From the NCBI GenBank assembly GCA_040755995.1, contig JBFMAF010000032.1, positions 97,306 through 161,305 on the forward strand: 64,000 nt of DNA, written 5' to 3'. The position numbers and the translations under genes were made by a program. The notes under the pieces are model-generated. The model had not been told where the DNA came from and did no database searches. It saw nothing but the letters and a program-made list of their open reading frames with translations. The first letter of the stretch is position 1. Every line of letters begins with the position of its first letter. This stretch comes from Acidobacteriota bacterium. GTDB lineage: Bacteria; Acidobacteriota; CAIWXX01. This document shows, one piece after another, positions 7,384 to 17,203 of this stretch.

Positions 7384-9831
7384 TTGTCACGAATGTCCCT
7401 CATGGCTTCCAACGCTGCCGACCGCATCACAGAGCGCTGCCGACGGCTGCGTCGAAGCCCTGTCGAATACGATCTTGGCCCCTATCGCGCCGCCCTGGCC
7501 CGCGTGAATGCGGTCAGGGTCGAAGCGTTTTCAGACGCCGCCCTGCAGGATCTGGCCGGCAGTTTGAGATCGAGTGCGGCCGGTGGTGCGCCGCTCGATA
7601 CTCTCCTGCCCGAGATGTTCGCGCTGGTTTGCGAGACATCCAGGCGGGTTCTGGGCATGCGCCCTTTCGAGGTTCAGATGATGGCGGGGATCGCGCTGCA
7701 TCAGGGACGGCTGGTTCAAATGCAGACGGGTGAGGGGAAGACTCTGGCCGCTGTTCCACCCGCCAGTCTCAACGCACTCACTGGCTCCGGGGTCCACATC
7801 TTCACTGCGAACGACTACCTGGCCGAGCGCGATGCCCGGTGGATGGGGCCGCTTTACCGGTTCATCGGCCTCAGCGTGGGCTTCATCCGCCAGGGGATGA
7901 GCAGCGAGGAACGACGCCGGGCGTACGCGTCTGATGTCACCTACGTCACCGCCAAAGAGGCCGGCTTCGACTTCTTGCGCGATCACATCGCCGGCGACCG
8001 GCGCGATCAGGTGCACCGGCCTCTTCAGCACGTGATAGTGGACGAGGCCGACTTCATTCTGATCGACGAGGCACGAGTCCCCCTGGTCATCGCGGGCAGC
8101 TCGCCCGGCTCCGGGGTCGACCACGCGCGGCTGGCCGGCATCGTCCGTCCGCTTCGCAACGGCCGCGACTACCTGGTGCAGGACGAGGCCCGCAACGTGA
8201 CATTGACCGACGCGGGGTTCGCGCGTCTGGAGGGGACACTTGGCGTGCCGTCGCTGCATCTGCCCGAACAGCACCTGCTGCTCTCAGCAGTGAGCGTCGC
8301 GCTTCACGCAGAAGTGCTGCTGCATCGCAACAGGGACTACATCGTGCGAGACGGCAGAATCGAGCTCGTCGACGAGTTCACCGGGCGTGTGGCGGACAAT
8401 CGACGTTGGCCGCACGGCATACAGGCGGCCGTGGAGGCCAAGGAGGGGCTGGAAGTGCACCAGGAGGGCCGCATCCTCGCATCGATTCCCATCCAGCACT
8501 TTGTCCGGCTCTATCCCCGGATCGCCGGAATGACGGCCACGGCCGAGCCCGCGGCCGAGGAGATTCATGAGCTGTACGGGATGCCGACCGTCGTCTTTCC
8601 GCCACACCGTCCCTGCATCCGGCGCGATGAGGATGATGTCGTGTTCACCCACCGAGATGCCAAAATGCGATCGCTGGTAGAAGAGATCCGCCTGGTTCAT
8701 GCGTCGGGCAGGCCGATCCTGGTAGGCACCGCGAGCGTGCGCGAATCCGAGGAGCTCGCGCAGATGCTGCGCGAACACGGCCTCAAGTGCTGCGTGCTGA
8801 ACGCGAGGAATGACGCGCGCGAAGCGCAGATCATCGCGCAGGCAGGACGGCTTCATGCCCTGACGATCTCGACCAATATGGCGGGCCGCGGCACCGATAT
8901 CGCGCTGGGTGGAGGCGATCACGTCGAGCGTGACCGCGTCCTCGCACTCGGCGGCCTCTACGTCATCGGCACGAACCGTCACGAGAGCCTGAGAATCGAC
9001 CTCCAGCTCCGCGGGCGGGCCGGCAGGCAAGGGGACCCTGGCAGCTCCCGGTTCTTCATCAGCCTCGAAGACGACCTCGTGAGCCGGTATGGCGTCAAGG
9101 ACCTCGTCCCGCCTTCCCACTGGCCGGAGAGGCGGGAGACACCGGTTGATGACGGAGTGCTGCGGCGGGAGATCGCCCGGGCCCAACGGATCATCGAGGG
9201 GCAGAACTCGGAGATCCGCAAGACGCTTTGGCAGTATTCGGCGCTGGTCGAGAAGCAGCGACAGGAGGTGCATCGGTTGCGGCAGGATCTCCTTGCTGGT
9301 TTGGTGCAACCCGGCATCTGCGCGGGAATCTGTGCCGATCGCTACAAGAAGCTCCGCGGTCAGATTGGAGAAGAGGAGTTGGAGAAGGCGGAAAGGGTGC
9401 TGGCCATACGCCTTCTGGACCGATCCTGGTCGGACCACCTGGCCACCATCGAAGACATTCGAGAGGGCATCCATTTGCAACGGTACGGCGGTGGGGAGCC
9501 GTTGGACGAATTCGTGCGGCTTGCCGGAGCCGCGTTCTCCGACAGGATGCGGGAGGTCGAAGACAGCCTGCCGGCGGCATTCGAGCGACTCAGTGTGACG
9601 GCGGGGGTTATTGACTTGGAGGCCGTGGGCCTTACGGCGCCTTCGGCGACCTGGACGTACATGATCAATGACAATCCGTTCTCGAGCCTGGGCGTCTCGT
9701 TGATCGCCTGCAGGAACATCGGCTTCGCCGCCTGGGCGGGCATAGTCGCGATGCTCCACGCGCCCCTGGCACTGCCCGGTCTGGTGCTCATGTGCCTCAA
9801 CCGGCTTCTCCGGAGGCGACGCCGGAAATGA
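7384..9831 (+). CDS. secA2: accessory protein translocase ATPase SecA2
   Basis: MQTGEGKT, DEADFILIDEARVPL, STNMAGRGTDI, QLRGRAGRQGDPG; C-terminal ATWTYMINDNP as in actinobacterial SecA2; no Zn-binding tail. Confidence 0.9.
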   Translation: MSRMSLMASNAADRITERCRRLRRSPVEYDLGPYRAALARVNAVRVEAFSDAALQDLAGSLRSSAAGGAPLDTLLPEMFALVCETSRRVLGMRPFEVQMMAGIALHQGRLVQMQTGEGKTLAAVPPASLNALTGSGVHIFTANDYLAERDARWMGPLYRFIGLSVGFIRQGMSSEERRRAYASDVTYVTAKEAGFDFLRDHIAGDRRDQVHRPLQHVIVDEADFILIDEARVPLVIAGSSPGSGVDHARLAGIVRPLRNGRDYLVQDEARNVTLTDAGFARLEGTLGVPSLHLPEQHLLLSAVSVALHAEVLLHRNRDYIVRDGRIELVDEFTGRVADNRRWPHGIQAAVEAKEGLEVHQEGRILASIPIQHFVRLYPRIAGMTATAEPAAEEIHELYGMPTVVFPPHRPCIRRDEDDVVFTHRDAKMRSLVEEIRLVHASGRPILVGTASVRESEELAQMLREHGLKCCVLNARNDAREAQIIAQAGRLHALTISTNMAGRGTDIALGGGDHVERDRVLALGGLYVIGTNRHESLRIDLQLRGRAGRQGDPGSSRFFISLEDDLVSRYGVKDLVPPSHWPERRETPVDDGVLRREIARAQRIIEGQNSEIRKTLWQYSALVEKQRQEVHRLRQDLLAGLVQPGICAGICADRYKKLRGQIGEEELEKAERVLAIRLLDRSWSDHLATIEDIREGIHLQRYGGGEPLDEFVRLAGAAFSDRMREVEDSLPAAFERLSVTAGVIDLEAVGLTAPSATWTYMINDNPFSSLGVSLIACRNIGFAAWAGIVAMLHAPLALPGLVLMCLNRLLRRRRRK

Positions 9832-10084
9832 GGGCGCCGCGGCCCACTGACGATGTTCGTTCCAGGGCCATTGACATCGCGGCCCTGATGGATGTCCCCG
9901 ACACGGTCGTAGTCTGAACTCACACAGCACGTCCCAGACGGCGTCGACTCGTTGAATCCCTCGTGAACTTCCGACGCGCTGTGTGGCCGCTGCCGGCCGT
10001 CGGTGTGGGACGTGATATGATGCGCTCCATGTACACCGAGGGGCATTCCTTCGTGACGTGAAAGAGACGAGAGGAGAGAACACC

Positions 10085-10795
10085 GTGAATGCAAATCCCG
10101 CCAAGCTGGCCCTCCTGGGCCTGATCGCCGCTTGCATCGCTTCACCCGCACCGGCACTTGCACAAACCGACCCGTTCGCGGAAAAGGTGGAAGCACTCAA
10201 GGCCTCGCTCGCCGCCAGTCAGGCCGCTCTCCGCCAGTACGAGTGGATCGAGACGACCGTGATCAGCGTCAAGGGCGACGAGAAGTCGAGAGAACAGAAT
10301 CGCTGCTACTACGGCGCCGAGGGCGGCGTGCAGAAGGTCCCGCTGACCGAACCGGAGCCGGAGAAGAAGGCGCATGGACTGCGCGGCAGGATCGTCGAGA
10401 GAAAGAAGGAGGAGCTGAGCGACTACATGCTGGAGGCCGTCGCCATGGTGAAGAGCTATGTGCCTCCGTCTGAGGCGCAGGTGCAGGCGGCCATGGACGC
10501 CGGGAGAGTGTCGATGGACATTCTGGAGCCTGGCAAGCGGGTCCGGCTGAACATCCGCGGCTACGCGAAGCCCGGGGACACGCTCGGCGTCGAGATGGAC
10601 ATGGCCAACAACCGCCTGCTCGGCCTCTCCGTCAAGACCTATCTCGAGAAGCCGGATGACACCGTCAGCCTTGAAGCGAACCTTGGGTCGCTGGCCGATG
10701 GCACTACTTACACCGCGGCGACGACATTGGTTGCTCCGGCCAAGAACCTCAAGGTCACCGTGGAGAATTCGGGGTACAGGAAGACGGGTAGCTGA
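10085..10795 (+). CDS. secreted hypothetical protein
   Basis: GTG start after GAGGAG; signal peptide ending ALA-Q; coherent ~236-aa ORF. Confidence 0.75.
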   Translation: MNANPAKLALLGLIAACIASPAPALAQTDPFAEKVEALKASLAASQAALRQYEWIETTVISVKGDEKSREQNRCYYGAEGGVQKVPLTEPEPEKKAHGLRGRIVERKKEELSDYMLEAVAMVKSYVPPSEAQVQAAMDAGRVSMDILEPGKRVRLNIRGYAKPGDTLGVEMDMANNRLLGLSVKTYLEKPDDTVSLEANLGSLADGTTYTAATTLVAPAKNLKVTVENSGYRKTGS

Positions 10796-11025
10796 CGTCC
10801 GGGTCCAGCCGCGAGGGGCGTACGCGGACAATCGCCGTCGCGTGGGGGCTCGTCAAACGGCGCAGTACTCAGTTCAACAGCAGGTCGACACGCAGCGCGA
10901 ATGTCAGATTTCCGGTCTTCGCGAGGCAGCCTGTATCAAGATCGTCCAGGCCGCTGGCGGCGATCGCCTCCAATGGGAGCTGTGGACTTGGGCGTCTGAA
11001 GAGACGGCGACGTGAGGAACCGAAA

Positions 11026-12030
11026 ATGGAAGCAAGACAGGAAACCGGACCGAACAGCGTTCGACGACAGGAGTATCTCTCGCGCATCAATCGCGTTGTC
11101 GATCACATTGAGGCCCACCTCGACAAGCGACTCTCGCTGCAGAGCCTCGCGAGCGTCGCCAATTTCTCCGTTTTCCATTTTCATCGCATCTTCCGGGCGA
11201 TTGTGGGTGAGACTCTCAATCAGTTCGTACAGAGGGTACGGGTCGAGAAGGCTGCCTCCCGGCTCATTCACAATCCCCGCATCTCGATCACCCAGATCGC
11301 GTTGGGATGTGGCTTCTCGGGATCGGCAGCCTTTGCGCGAGCCTTCCGAGAGGCGTTCGGCATGAGCCCCAGCCAATGGCGTAACAAGGGGCGAGCCGAA
11401 CAGAGCAAGATTCGCGAAACGAAAAGCAACGGTGATCAAACGAATCGCAAGGATTGGAAAGATGCCGCCCGTCTCGCTTTCTATATTGACGGCGTAACAA
11501 ACGCCCCAATATGGAGGATTGAGATGAAAGGTCCAAACCAGGTTCAGGCCGATGTCGCGGTCAAGGATGTCCCGGAAATGCACGTCGCCTACGTTCGCCA
11601 CATCGGGCCTTACAAGGGCAATGCCGCCCTCTTCGAAGGGTTGTTCCAAGAACTCATGAAGTGGGCCGGACCGCGCGGGCTGCTGCGATTCCCACAGACT
11701 CAACTGCTCTCGGTCTATCATGACGACCCCACAGTGACCGAGGAAGACAAACTGAGAGTCAGCGTCTGCATCACCATCCCGAAGGAGACGCCTGCCGAAG
11801 GCGAGGTCGGGCGGATGACGATTCCGGGCGGCAGGTACGCGATGGCCAGGTTCGAGATCGGCGCCGATGAATATCAGCAGGCCTGGGACGCAGTCTTCGG
11901 TGGATGGCTGCCGGAGAGCGGCTACCAGCCTGATGACAGGCCTTGCTACGAGCTCTATCACAACGATCCCAAGACCCACCCGCAGGGGAAGCACATCGTC
12001 GACATCTGCGTGCCCGTGAGACCGCTGTAG
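11026..12030 (+). CDS. AraC family transcriptional regulator with GyrI-like effector domain
   Basis: FSVFHFHRIF, IALGCGF, FARAFREAFGMSPSQWR; C-terminal WLPESGYQPDDRPCYELY. Confidence 0.92.
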   Translation: MEARQETGPNSVRRQEYLSRINRVVDHIEAHLDKRLSLQSLASVANFSVFHFHRIFRAIVGETLNQFVQRVRVEKAASRLIHNPRISITQIALGCGFSGSAAFARAFREAFGMSPSQWRNKGRAEQSKIRETKSNGDQTNRKDWKDAARLAFYIDGVTNAPIWRIEMKGPNQVQADVAVKDVPEMHVAYVRHIGPYKGNAALFEGLFQELMKWAGPRGLLRFPQTQLLSVYHDDPTVTEEDKLRVSVCITIPKETPAEGEVGRMTIPGGRYAMARFEIGADEYQQAWDAVFGGWLPESGYQPDDRPCYELYHNDPKTHPQGKHIVDICVPVRPL

Positions 12031-12083
12031 TCCTCGATCGGCGTGCCTCAGAGTCCGGGCCGGATCCGTCACGACGCGAGGGT

Positions 12084-12178
12084 GACGGAGGCTCCGCCGC
12101 CGAGGTGTGACCACCATACGAACGTATCCGGGATCGCGCCGACTCCGGGCCCTTCGCAAAGCGGGCGCCGCGAGCTAC
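12084..12178. repeat. 95-bp direct repeat, copy 1 (copy 2 at 15359-15453)
   Basis: 92/95 identical by eye. Confidence 0.85.
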
Positions 12179-13872
12179 TAGTGCTGCCGCCGGGAATACT
12201 GCGAGTCCAGCAGGGGCGGCTGCGGATCGAGAGGCTTCAGGGTGCGGCCCAGCAGGGCCGGATGTTGCGGCGGAATCTGGGTGGCTCGAAATACGGAGCG
12301 GGGAGGGTCGCCGGAGGGGTTCGGGGCGTCTCCCGAAAACGGGTTGTGATACGTCCACACGATATCGCCCTTTGGAGTCACTTCGAAGAAATACCCGGTG
12401 GGACCGGAGCAGATGAACGTGTTGCCATTCGGTAGGCGGTGGGCCCCGGAAATGAAGTCTGCGGAAAAGGACCGCTTGTCCGGCGCTGTGTAGGTCCAGG
12501 TCGGTCGAGCGGGCCCGAAGGCCGCTCCGGGCGGTAGCTCATAGCTACCATCGCCCGCGAGCGGCGGCGCGATCTCGATTACCGCCGAGTAGTCTCCGGA
12601 CGGACGGTCGCTGCCGTTGTCGAAGATCGTGAGACTTCCGGCACCAGGCAGGCCCGGCGGGATCCACCGCACGTCGTGCTGCCCGAAGAGCTGCTGGTCG
12701 TCGGAGGAACCTCGACCGTACATTCGAGGGTTTCCCCATCGATACAGCAGGTCGCCCCCCCGGCCGGCGCGGCCGCCCGAGTGGCCTGAGGCCTGCGCCT
12801 TCGTGGTGCTGTGATCGATTATCCACAGCTCGTTGAACCGGGACACGCTGAGGGCGATCTGGTCCAAGGCTGGATTGTAGGCGATCGAATTCATGTGGAG
12901 GAAGTCCGCGCGGAGGGCGGCAGCGGGCGTGCCACGAAGGATGTAACCGAGCGCCTGCAGTCTCTCGATCGCCTCCTCAGTCAACCCTCGCACCCCGTGA
13001 TCTCCGTTGATGTCGACGAGCTCGGGATGATCCGAGACCTTGCCATAGTTCGGGCCGGTGGGATCGTGGTCCTGGATCACATGGTCCCAGACGTGCCACT
13101 CCCACACGATCTTCCCTCCGTCGGGCAACACGGGCGAGATTTCGAGAATGGAGTCGGGCCACAGCCCTCCGTCCCCCACCAGCTGCGGTCTCCGACCGCT
13201 CCGGATCGCCCCCTCGCCGCTCTTCCGCTCCCAAACGATCGCCAGTACGTTTCCGTTGGGCAGGGGCGCAACGTCGTGATGCGGCATCCGCTCGCGATTC
13301 CCGAGGACGAAGTCCCAGACCAGCCTACCGTCCCACGTGAATTCCTGGATCCGTCCCCCCTGGCCGCCGCCGCTGAAAAACGGCAGCTCCGGGTCCCGCG
13401 CCGGCCGAAGCAGATGGCCGTTGTCGAGCAGATAGACCGAAGCTCCAGGCGCGAAGCCGCTATCCCAAGTGTGAACTACCTGACCCGTCGGGTCTATCAG
13501 GTATGTCATCGTCGAGAGGAGAGGGGAGAACAGGATGTGGCCGCGGGGCGCGCCAGCGATGTCTCGACCCGCGCCCGCTGTGTCACCGGCCGGTCTCGAT
13601 ATCGGCTGGTGGCCGGCCGGCTCTTCCCGAGTCGAGCAATGACTCGCGCTCACGAAGGTCGCCGCGGCGATAGCGCACAGCAAGCTCCTGCCGCCTCGGG
13701 CGCGGGGAAGGGGCCGCGATGGACAGTCGATGATGTACTGGGACGAAGAGTCCGTCCATCTGCGTTCACCGGGCTGGGTGGAGGCTCCATGCATCGCAGG
13801 TGGATTATCGGGGCGGCGGAAGCGGTTGTCAAAGCCGTGAGCAGTGCCCCGCGCCGTGACCCCGTGACCCAT
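12178..13872 (-). CDS. aryl-sulfate sulfotransferase (ASST) family protein (true start probably downstream, e.g. 13794)
   Basis: HHD, FLHMNSI, LYRWGNP, GQHD, FDNG, SGAHRLPNGNT motifs. Confidence 0.85.
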   Translation of the reverse strand: MGHGVTARGTAHGFDNRFRRPDNPPAMHGASTQPGERRWTDSSSQYIIDCPSRPLPRARGGRSLLCAIAAATFVSASHCSTREEPAGHQPISRPAGDTAGAGRDIAGAPRGHILFSPLLSTMTYLIDPTGQVVHTWDSGFAPGASVYLLDNGHLLRPARDPELPFFSGGGQGGRIQEFTWDGRLVWDFVLGNRERMPHHDVAPLPNGNVLAIVWERKSGEGAIRSGRRPQLVGDGGLWPDSILEISPVLPDGGKIVWEWHVWDHVIQDHDPTGPNYGKVSDHPELVDINGDHGVRGLTEEAIERLQALGYILRGTPAAALRADFLHMNSIAYNPALDQIALSVSRFNELWIIDHSTTKAQASGHSGGRAGRGGDLLYRWGNPRMYGRGSSDDQQLFGQHDVRWIPPGLPGAGSLTIFDNGSDRPSGDYSAVIEIAPPLAGDGSYELPPGAAFGPARPTWTYTAPDKRSFSADFISGAHRLPNGNTFICSGPTGYFFEVTPKGDIVWTYHNPFSGDAPNPSGDPPRSVFRATQIPPQHPALLGRTLKPLDPQPPLLDSQYSRRQH

Positions 13873-13929
13873 CCCCGCTTGACAGTGTGACTACAGGAAG
13901 CTGTAGACTTCGAGACAAGGAGAAGACTC

Positions 13930-15162
13930 ATGTCTGGAAACTCGCCGCGCCCCACCGACAGAAGATCATTCATCGCGACAGGTCTGTCCTGTGTTGCCGG
14001 GGCAACACTGCTGCACTCCGCGACCCAGTCTGAACAGATGACCGGTTCAGAGGGCACGAAAGGCCGGAAGATGATCAGCCGGACTCTCGGGAGGACGGGG
14101 ATCAGCCTGCCCATCGTCAGCATCGGGGCGGTGAGCTTCGATCCGGGGATCTACCGGCGAGCGCTCGACCTGGGCATACGTCACTTCGACACGGCCCCCG
14201 CCTATCGCAATGGCAACCATGAAACGATGTTGGGCGAGGTCCTTCGAGGCCGCCCGCGAGACTCGTTCGTCATCGCCACGAGCTTCGGGTCAGAGGTCTA
14301 CCAGGACCGTCGGACCCGCACGTTCAAAGAGGACGCGCCAGTCAAAGCCCTGATCGAGTCATTCGAAGGGAGTCTCAGGCGGCTGAAGCTGGACTACATC
14401 GACATCTACTACCTGGCCTGGGCCTGCAGCAAGGAGACGACGCTCTACAGGCCGTACATCGACGCGATCATGAAACTGAAGGATCAGGGCAAGACGCGGT
14501 TTATTGGTGTCACCACCCACGAGAACGAGCCGGAGGTCTTGCGCGCCGCGGCCGGGACTACGCTCATCGACGTCGTGCTCACAGTCTACAACTTCCGGCA
14601 GACGTACCGGGAAGAAATGAAGAAGGCGATCGCGAACGCGGCGAAGGCGGACGTGGGCATCGTAGCGATGAAGACGCAAGCTGGTGCATCGTGGGACGAG
14701 GAGTCCGCGCGCATCGTCAATATGAGAGCGGCTCTGAAATGGGTGCTGTCGGACGAGAACGTTCATACCGCAGTCCCCGGCATAGCGACGTACGATCAGC
14801 TGGAGGCGGATTTCAGGGTCATGGAGAATCTGGCCCTGACCGCCGCGGAAGAGGAAGACCTGGAACGAGCGCTCCGCGTTCCCTACCGCACGTTCAGTCT
14901 TTTCTGCCAGAACTGCCGGGAGTGCGTCGCCCAGTGCCCACATCGGTTGGACATTCCGGCGCTCATGCGCGGTTATATGTACGCACGGGGATACAAGGAT
15001 CCGGGCAAGGCCAAGGAGGCGCTGCGCCGCGCGAGAATCACCCGCGTACCATGCGGCGAGTGCGGACAGTGCCACGTCACCTGCGCCATGGGTTTCGATG
15101 TTCGTTCCAGGGCCCGAGACATCGCCGCCCTGATCGATGTGCCGGATACCGTCGTTGCCTGA
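13930..15162 (+). CDS. aldo/keto reductase with Tat-like signal and C-terminal 4Fe-4S dicluster
   Basis: DRRSFI; RTLGRTG, FDTAPAY; CQNCRECVAQCP and CGECGQCHVTC. Confidence 0.88.
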   Translation: MSGNSPRPTDRRSFIATGLSCVAGATLLHSATQSEQMTGSEGTKGRKMISRTLGRTGISLPIVSIGAVSFDPGIYRRALDLGIRHFDTAPAYRNGNHETMLGEVLRGRPRDSFVIATSFGSEVYQDRRTRTFKEDAPVKALIESFEGSLRRLKLDYIDIYYLAWACSKETTLYRPYIDAIMKLKDQGKTRFIGVTTHENEPEVLRAAAGTTLIDVVLTVYNFRQTYREEMKKAIANAAKADVGIVAMKTQAGASWDEESARIVNMRAALKWVLSDENVHTAVPGIATYDQLEADFRVMENLALTAAEEEDLERALRVPYRTFSLFCQNCRECVAQCPHRLDIPALMRGYMYARGYKDPGKAKEALRRARITRVPCGECGQCHVTCAMGFDVRSRARDIAALIDVPDTVVA

Positions 15163-15254
15163 ATTCAGCGCCAGCCGACCCCCTGCCATAAGTACGTGAT
15201 ATTAGCGGGCTCGCATGGGTTTGAAACAGGGCCTACCTTGATCTGTGACATGGA

Positions 15255-15523
15255 ATCGACGTGAGGAAGGAGAACAGCGCGAATACCAATCCCGCCAAGA
15301 CGGTGGCCCTCCTGGGCCTGATCGCCGCTTGCATCGCTTCACCCGCACCGGCACTTGCGACGGAGACTCCGCCGCCGAGGTGTGACCACCATACGAACGC
15401 ATCCGGGATCGCGCCGACTCCGGGCCCTTCACAAAGCGGGCGCCGCGAGCTACGGGCGAGAATACCGGAATCGCAGGGCGGGCATACCGTGTGGTAGGAT
15501 GCCGGGCATTGTAGGCGCGGAGG
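15255..15523 (+). repeat. mosaic intergenic region built from three segments duplicated elsewhere in the window
   Basis: 15304-15358 identical to 10107-10161; 15359-15453 matches 12084-12178; 15466-15523 matches 18681-18737. Confidence 0.85.
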
Positions 15524-15571
15524 GGCAGTGAACAATCGTCGCTCGAAGTCAATGACCACTGTGGAGCAGCC

Positions 15572-17041
15572 ATGATGAATGACAGCACGCACCATCGTCT
15601 AATTCTGCAGCGGATCGCGCACCGGGCCATGATCGAGCGCGGGCTGGAGCCGGATTTCTCACGCGAGGTCCTGGCGGAGCTCGATGGCATCGCTGCGGCT
15701 GCAACCGACGGCCGGCTGCCGCGCCACGACTTGCGGGACATGCTGTGGGCGTCGATCGACAACGACGACTCGCGCGACCTGGACCAGCTGACCGTTGCCG
15801 TGCCGCTTGCGGGCGGCGCGGTGAAGCTCCTTGTCGCGATCGCCGATGTCGACGCCCTCGTCGAGAAAGGTTCCGCTATCGACCGGCATGCCGGGCAAAA
15901 CACGACGTCGGTATACACGCCCTGCCAGATCTTCCCGATGCTCCCTGAGAAACTCTCCACCGATCTGACCTCGCTTTCGGAACACGGGGACCGTTGTGCA
16001 ATCGTGATCGAGATGGAGATCTCGAGCGACGGCACCCTGAGTGGGAGCGATGTCTACGCGGGGCTCGTGAGGAACCGCGCGAAGCTCACGTACAACGGCG
16101 TCGGAGCGTGGCTTGCCGGCGACGGACCGATGCCTGACCGAGTGGCCGCGCTGGACGGGCTCGCGGAGAACCTCCGCCTGCAGAACTCGGTCGCGCAGAA
16201 GCTGAGGCGCCTCCGGTTCGAACACGGGGCGCTCGATCTGCAGACCATCGAGACGCGGCCGGTCTTCGACGCCGGCGAGATCCGCGACTTGCGCGCGTCT
16301 GAGAAGAATCGCGCGACGGAGCTGATTGAGGACTTCATGGTCGCGGCCAACGGCGTGACGGCCCGGTATCTCACGGCGCATCGGTTCCCGTCGCTGCGTC
16401 GCATCGTGCGCACTCCGAAGCGGTGGGATCGCATCGTGGACCTGGCGGCGCAACGCGGCAGCCGCCTGCCGGCCGATCCGGATTCGCACGCCCTGCAGGA
16501 ATTCCTGGCCTTGCAGAAGGCCGCCGATCGCGTGCGCTTCCCCGATCTCTCGCTCAGCGTCGTGAAGCTGATGGGCCCGGGCGAGTACGCGGTGGAGGAG
16601 CCGGGTGAGGGCAGCATCGGGCACTTCGGACTGGCGGTAAGGGACTACAACCATTCGACGGCACCCAACCGCCGCTACCCGGACCTCGTCACGCAGCGCC
16701 TCCTGAAGGCGTCACTCGCCGGCCAGGAGGTTCCATATGAGATAGCCGAGCTCCAGCAGCTGGCGAAGCACTGCACCGAGCAGGCCGACGATGCTGCCAA
16801 GGTGGAGCGGCAAGTCGAGAAGTCGGCCGCCGCCATACTGCTCGAGCATCGTCTCGGCGATCGGTTCGACGCCATCGTCACGGGCGCCTCGCCGAAAGGC
16901 ACCTGGGTGCGCATCCTGCAGCCGCCCGTCGAAGGGATGTTGGCAGAGGGATTCGAAGGCGCGGACGTCGGCGAGCGGCTCCGGGTCAAGCTCGTCCGCA
17001 CGGACGTCGATCGCGGCTTTATCGACTTCGTGCGAGCGTGA
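15572..17041 (+). CDS. RNB domain exoribonuclease (RNase II/R family, short form)
   Basis: SIDNDDSRDLDQ catalytic motif, AIADVD, LIEDFMVAAN, HSTAPNRRYPDL. Confidence 0.92.
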   Translation: MMNDSTHHRLILQRIAHRAMIERGLEPDFSREVLAELDGIAAAATDGRLPRHDLRDMLWASIDNDDSRDLDQLTVAVPLAGGAVKLLVAIADVDALVEKGSAIDRHAGQNTTSVYTPCQIFPMLPEKLSTDLTSLSEHGDRCAIVIEMEISSDGTLSGSDVYAGLVRNRAKLTYNGVGAWLAGDGPMPDRVAALDGLAENLRLQNSVAQKLRRLRFEHGALDLQTIETRPVFDAGEIRDLRASEKNRATELIEDFMVAANGVTARYLTAHRFPSLRRIVRTPKRWDRIVDLAAQRGSRLPADPDSHALQEFLALQKAADRVRFPDLSLSVVKLMGPGEYAVEEPGEGSIGHFGLAVRDYNHSTAPNRRYPDLVTQRLLKASLAGQEVPYEIAELQQLAKHCTEQADDAAKVERQVEKSAAAILLEHRLGDRFDAIVTGASPKGTWVRILQPPVEGMLAEGFEGADVGERLRVKLVRTDVDRGFIDFVRA

Positions 17042-17203
17042 GGCCAAGGGACACGATGGCAGCCTGCTCCGACATGGGAGCAGCGTCGAGCCGCGGCCCG
17101 GGCGAGGACCGTGTACATACCGATCTGTACGATCTGCCTGCTGCTGGAAATGGTGGATCACCCGGTGCCAGCGCGGAATGGGCTGCGTCGAGCAGGGAGG
17201 CCG

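Noticed and set aside
8284..10200. Long 638-aa minus-strand ORF and similar shadow ORFs (e.g. 46898-48727, 37712-39241, 30417-31805)
   Set aside because: They overlap well-supported genes in other frames and lack motifs; this is expected in high-GC DNA
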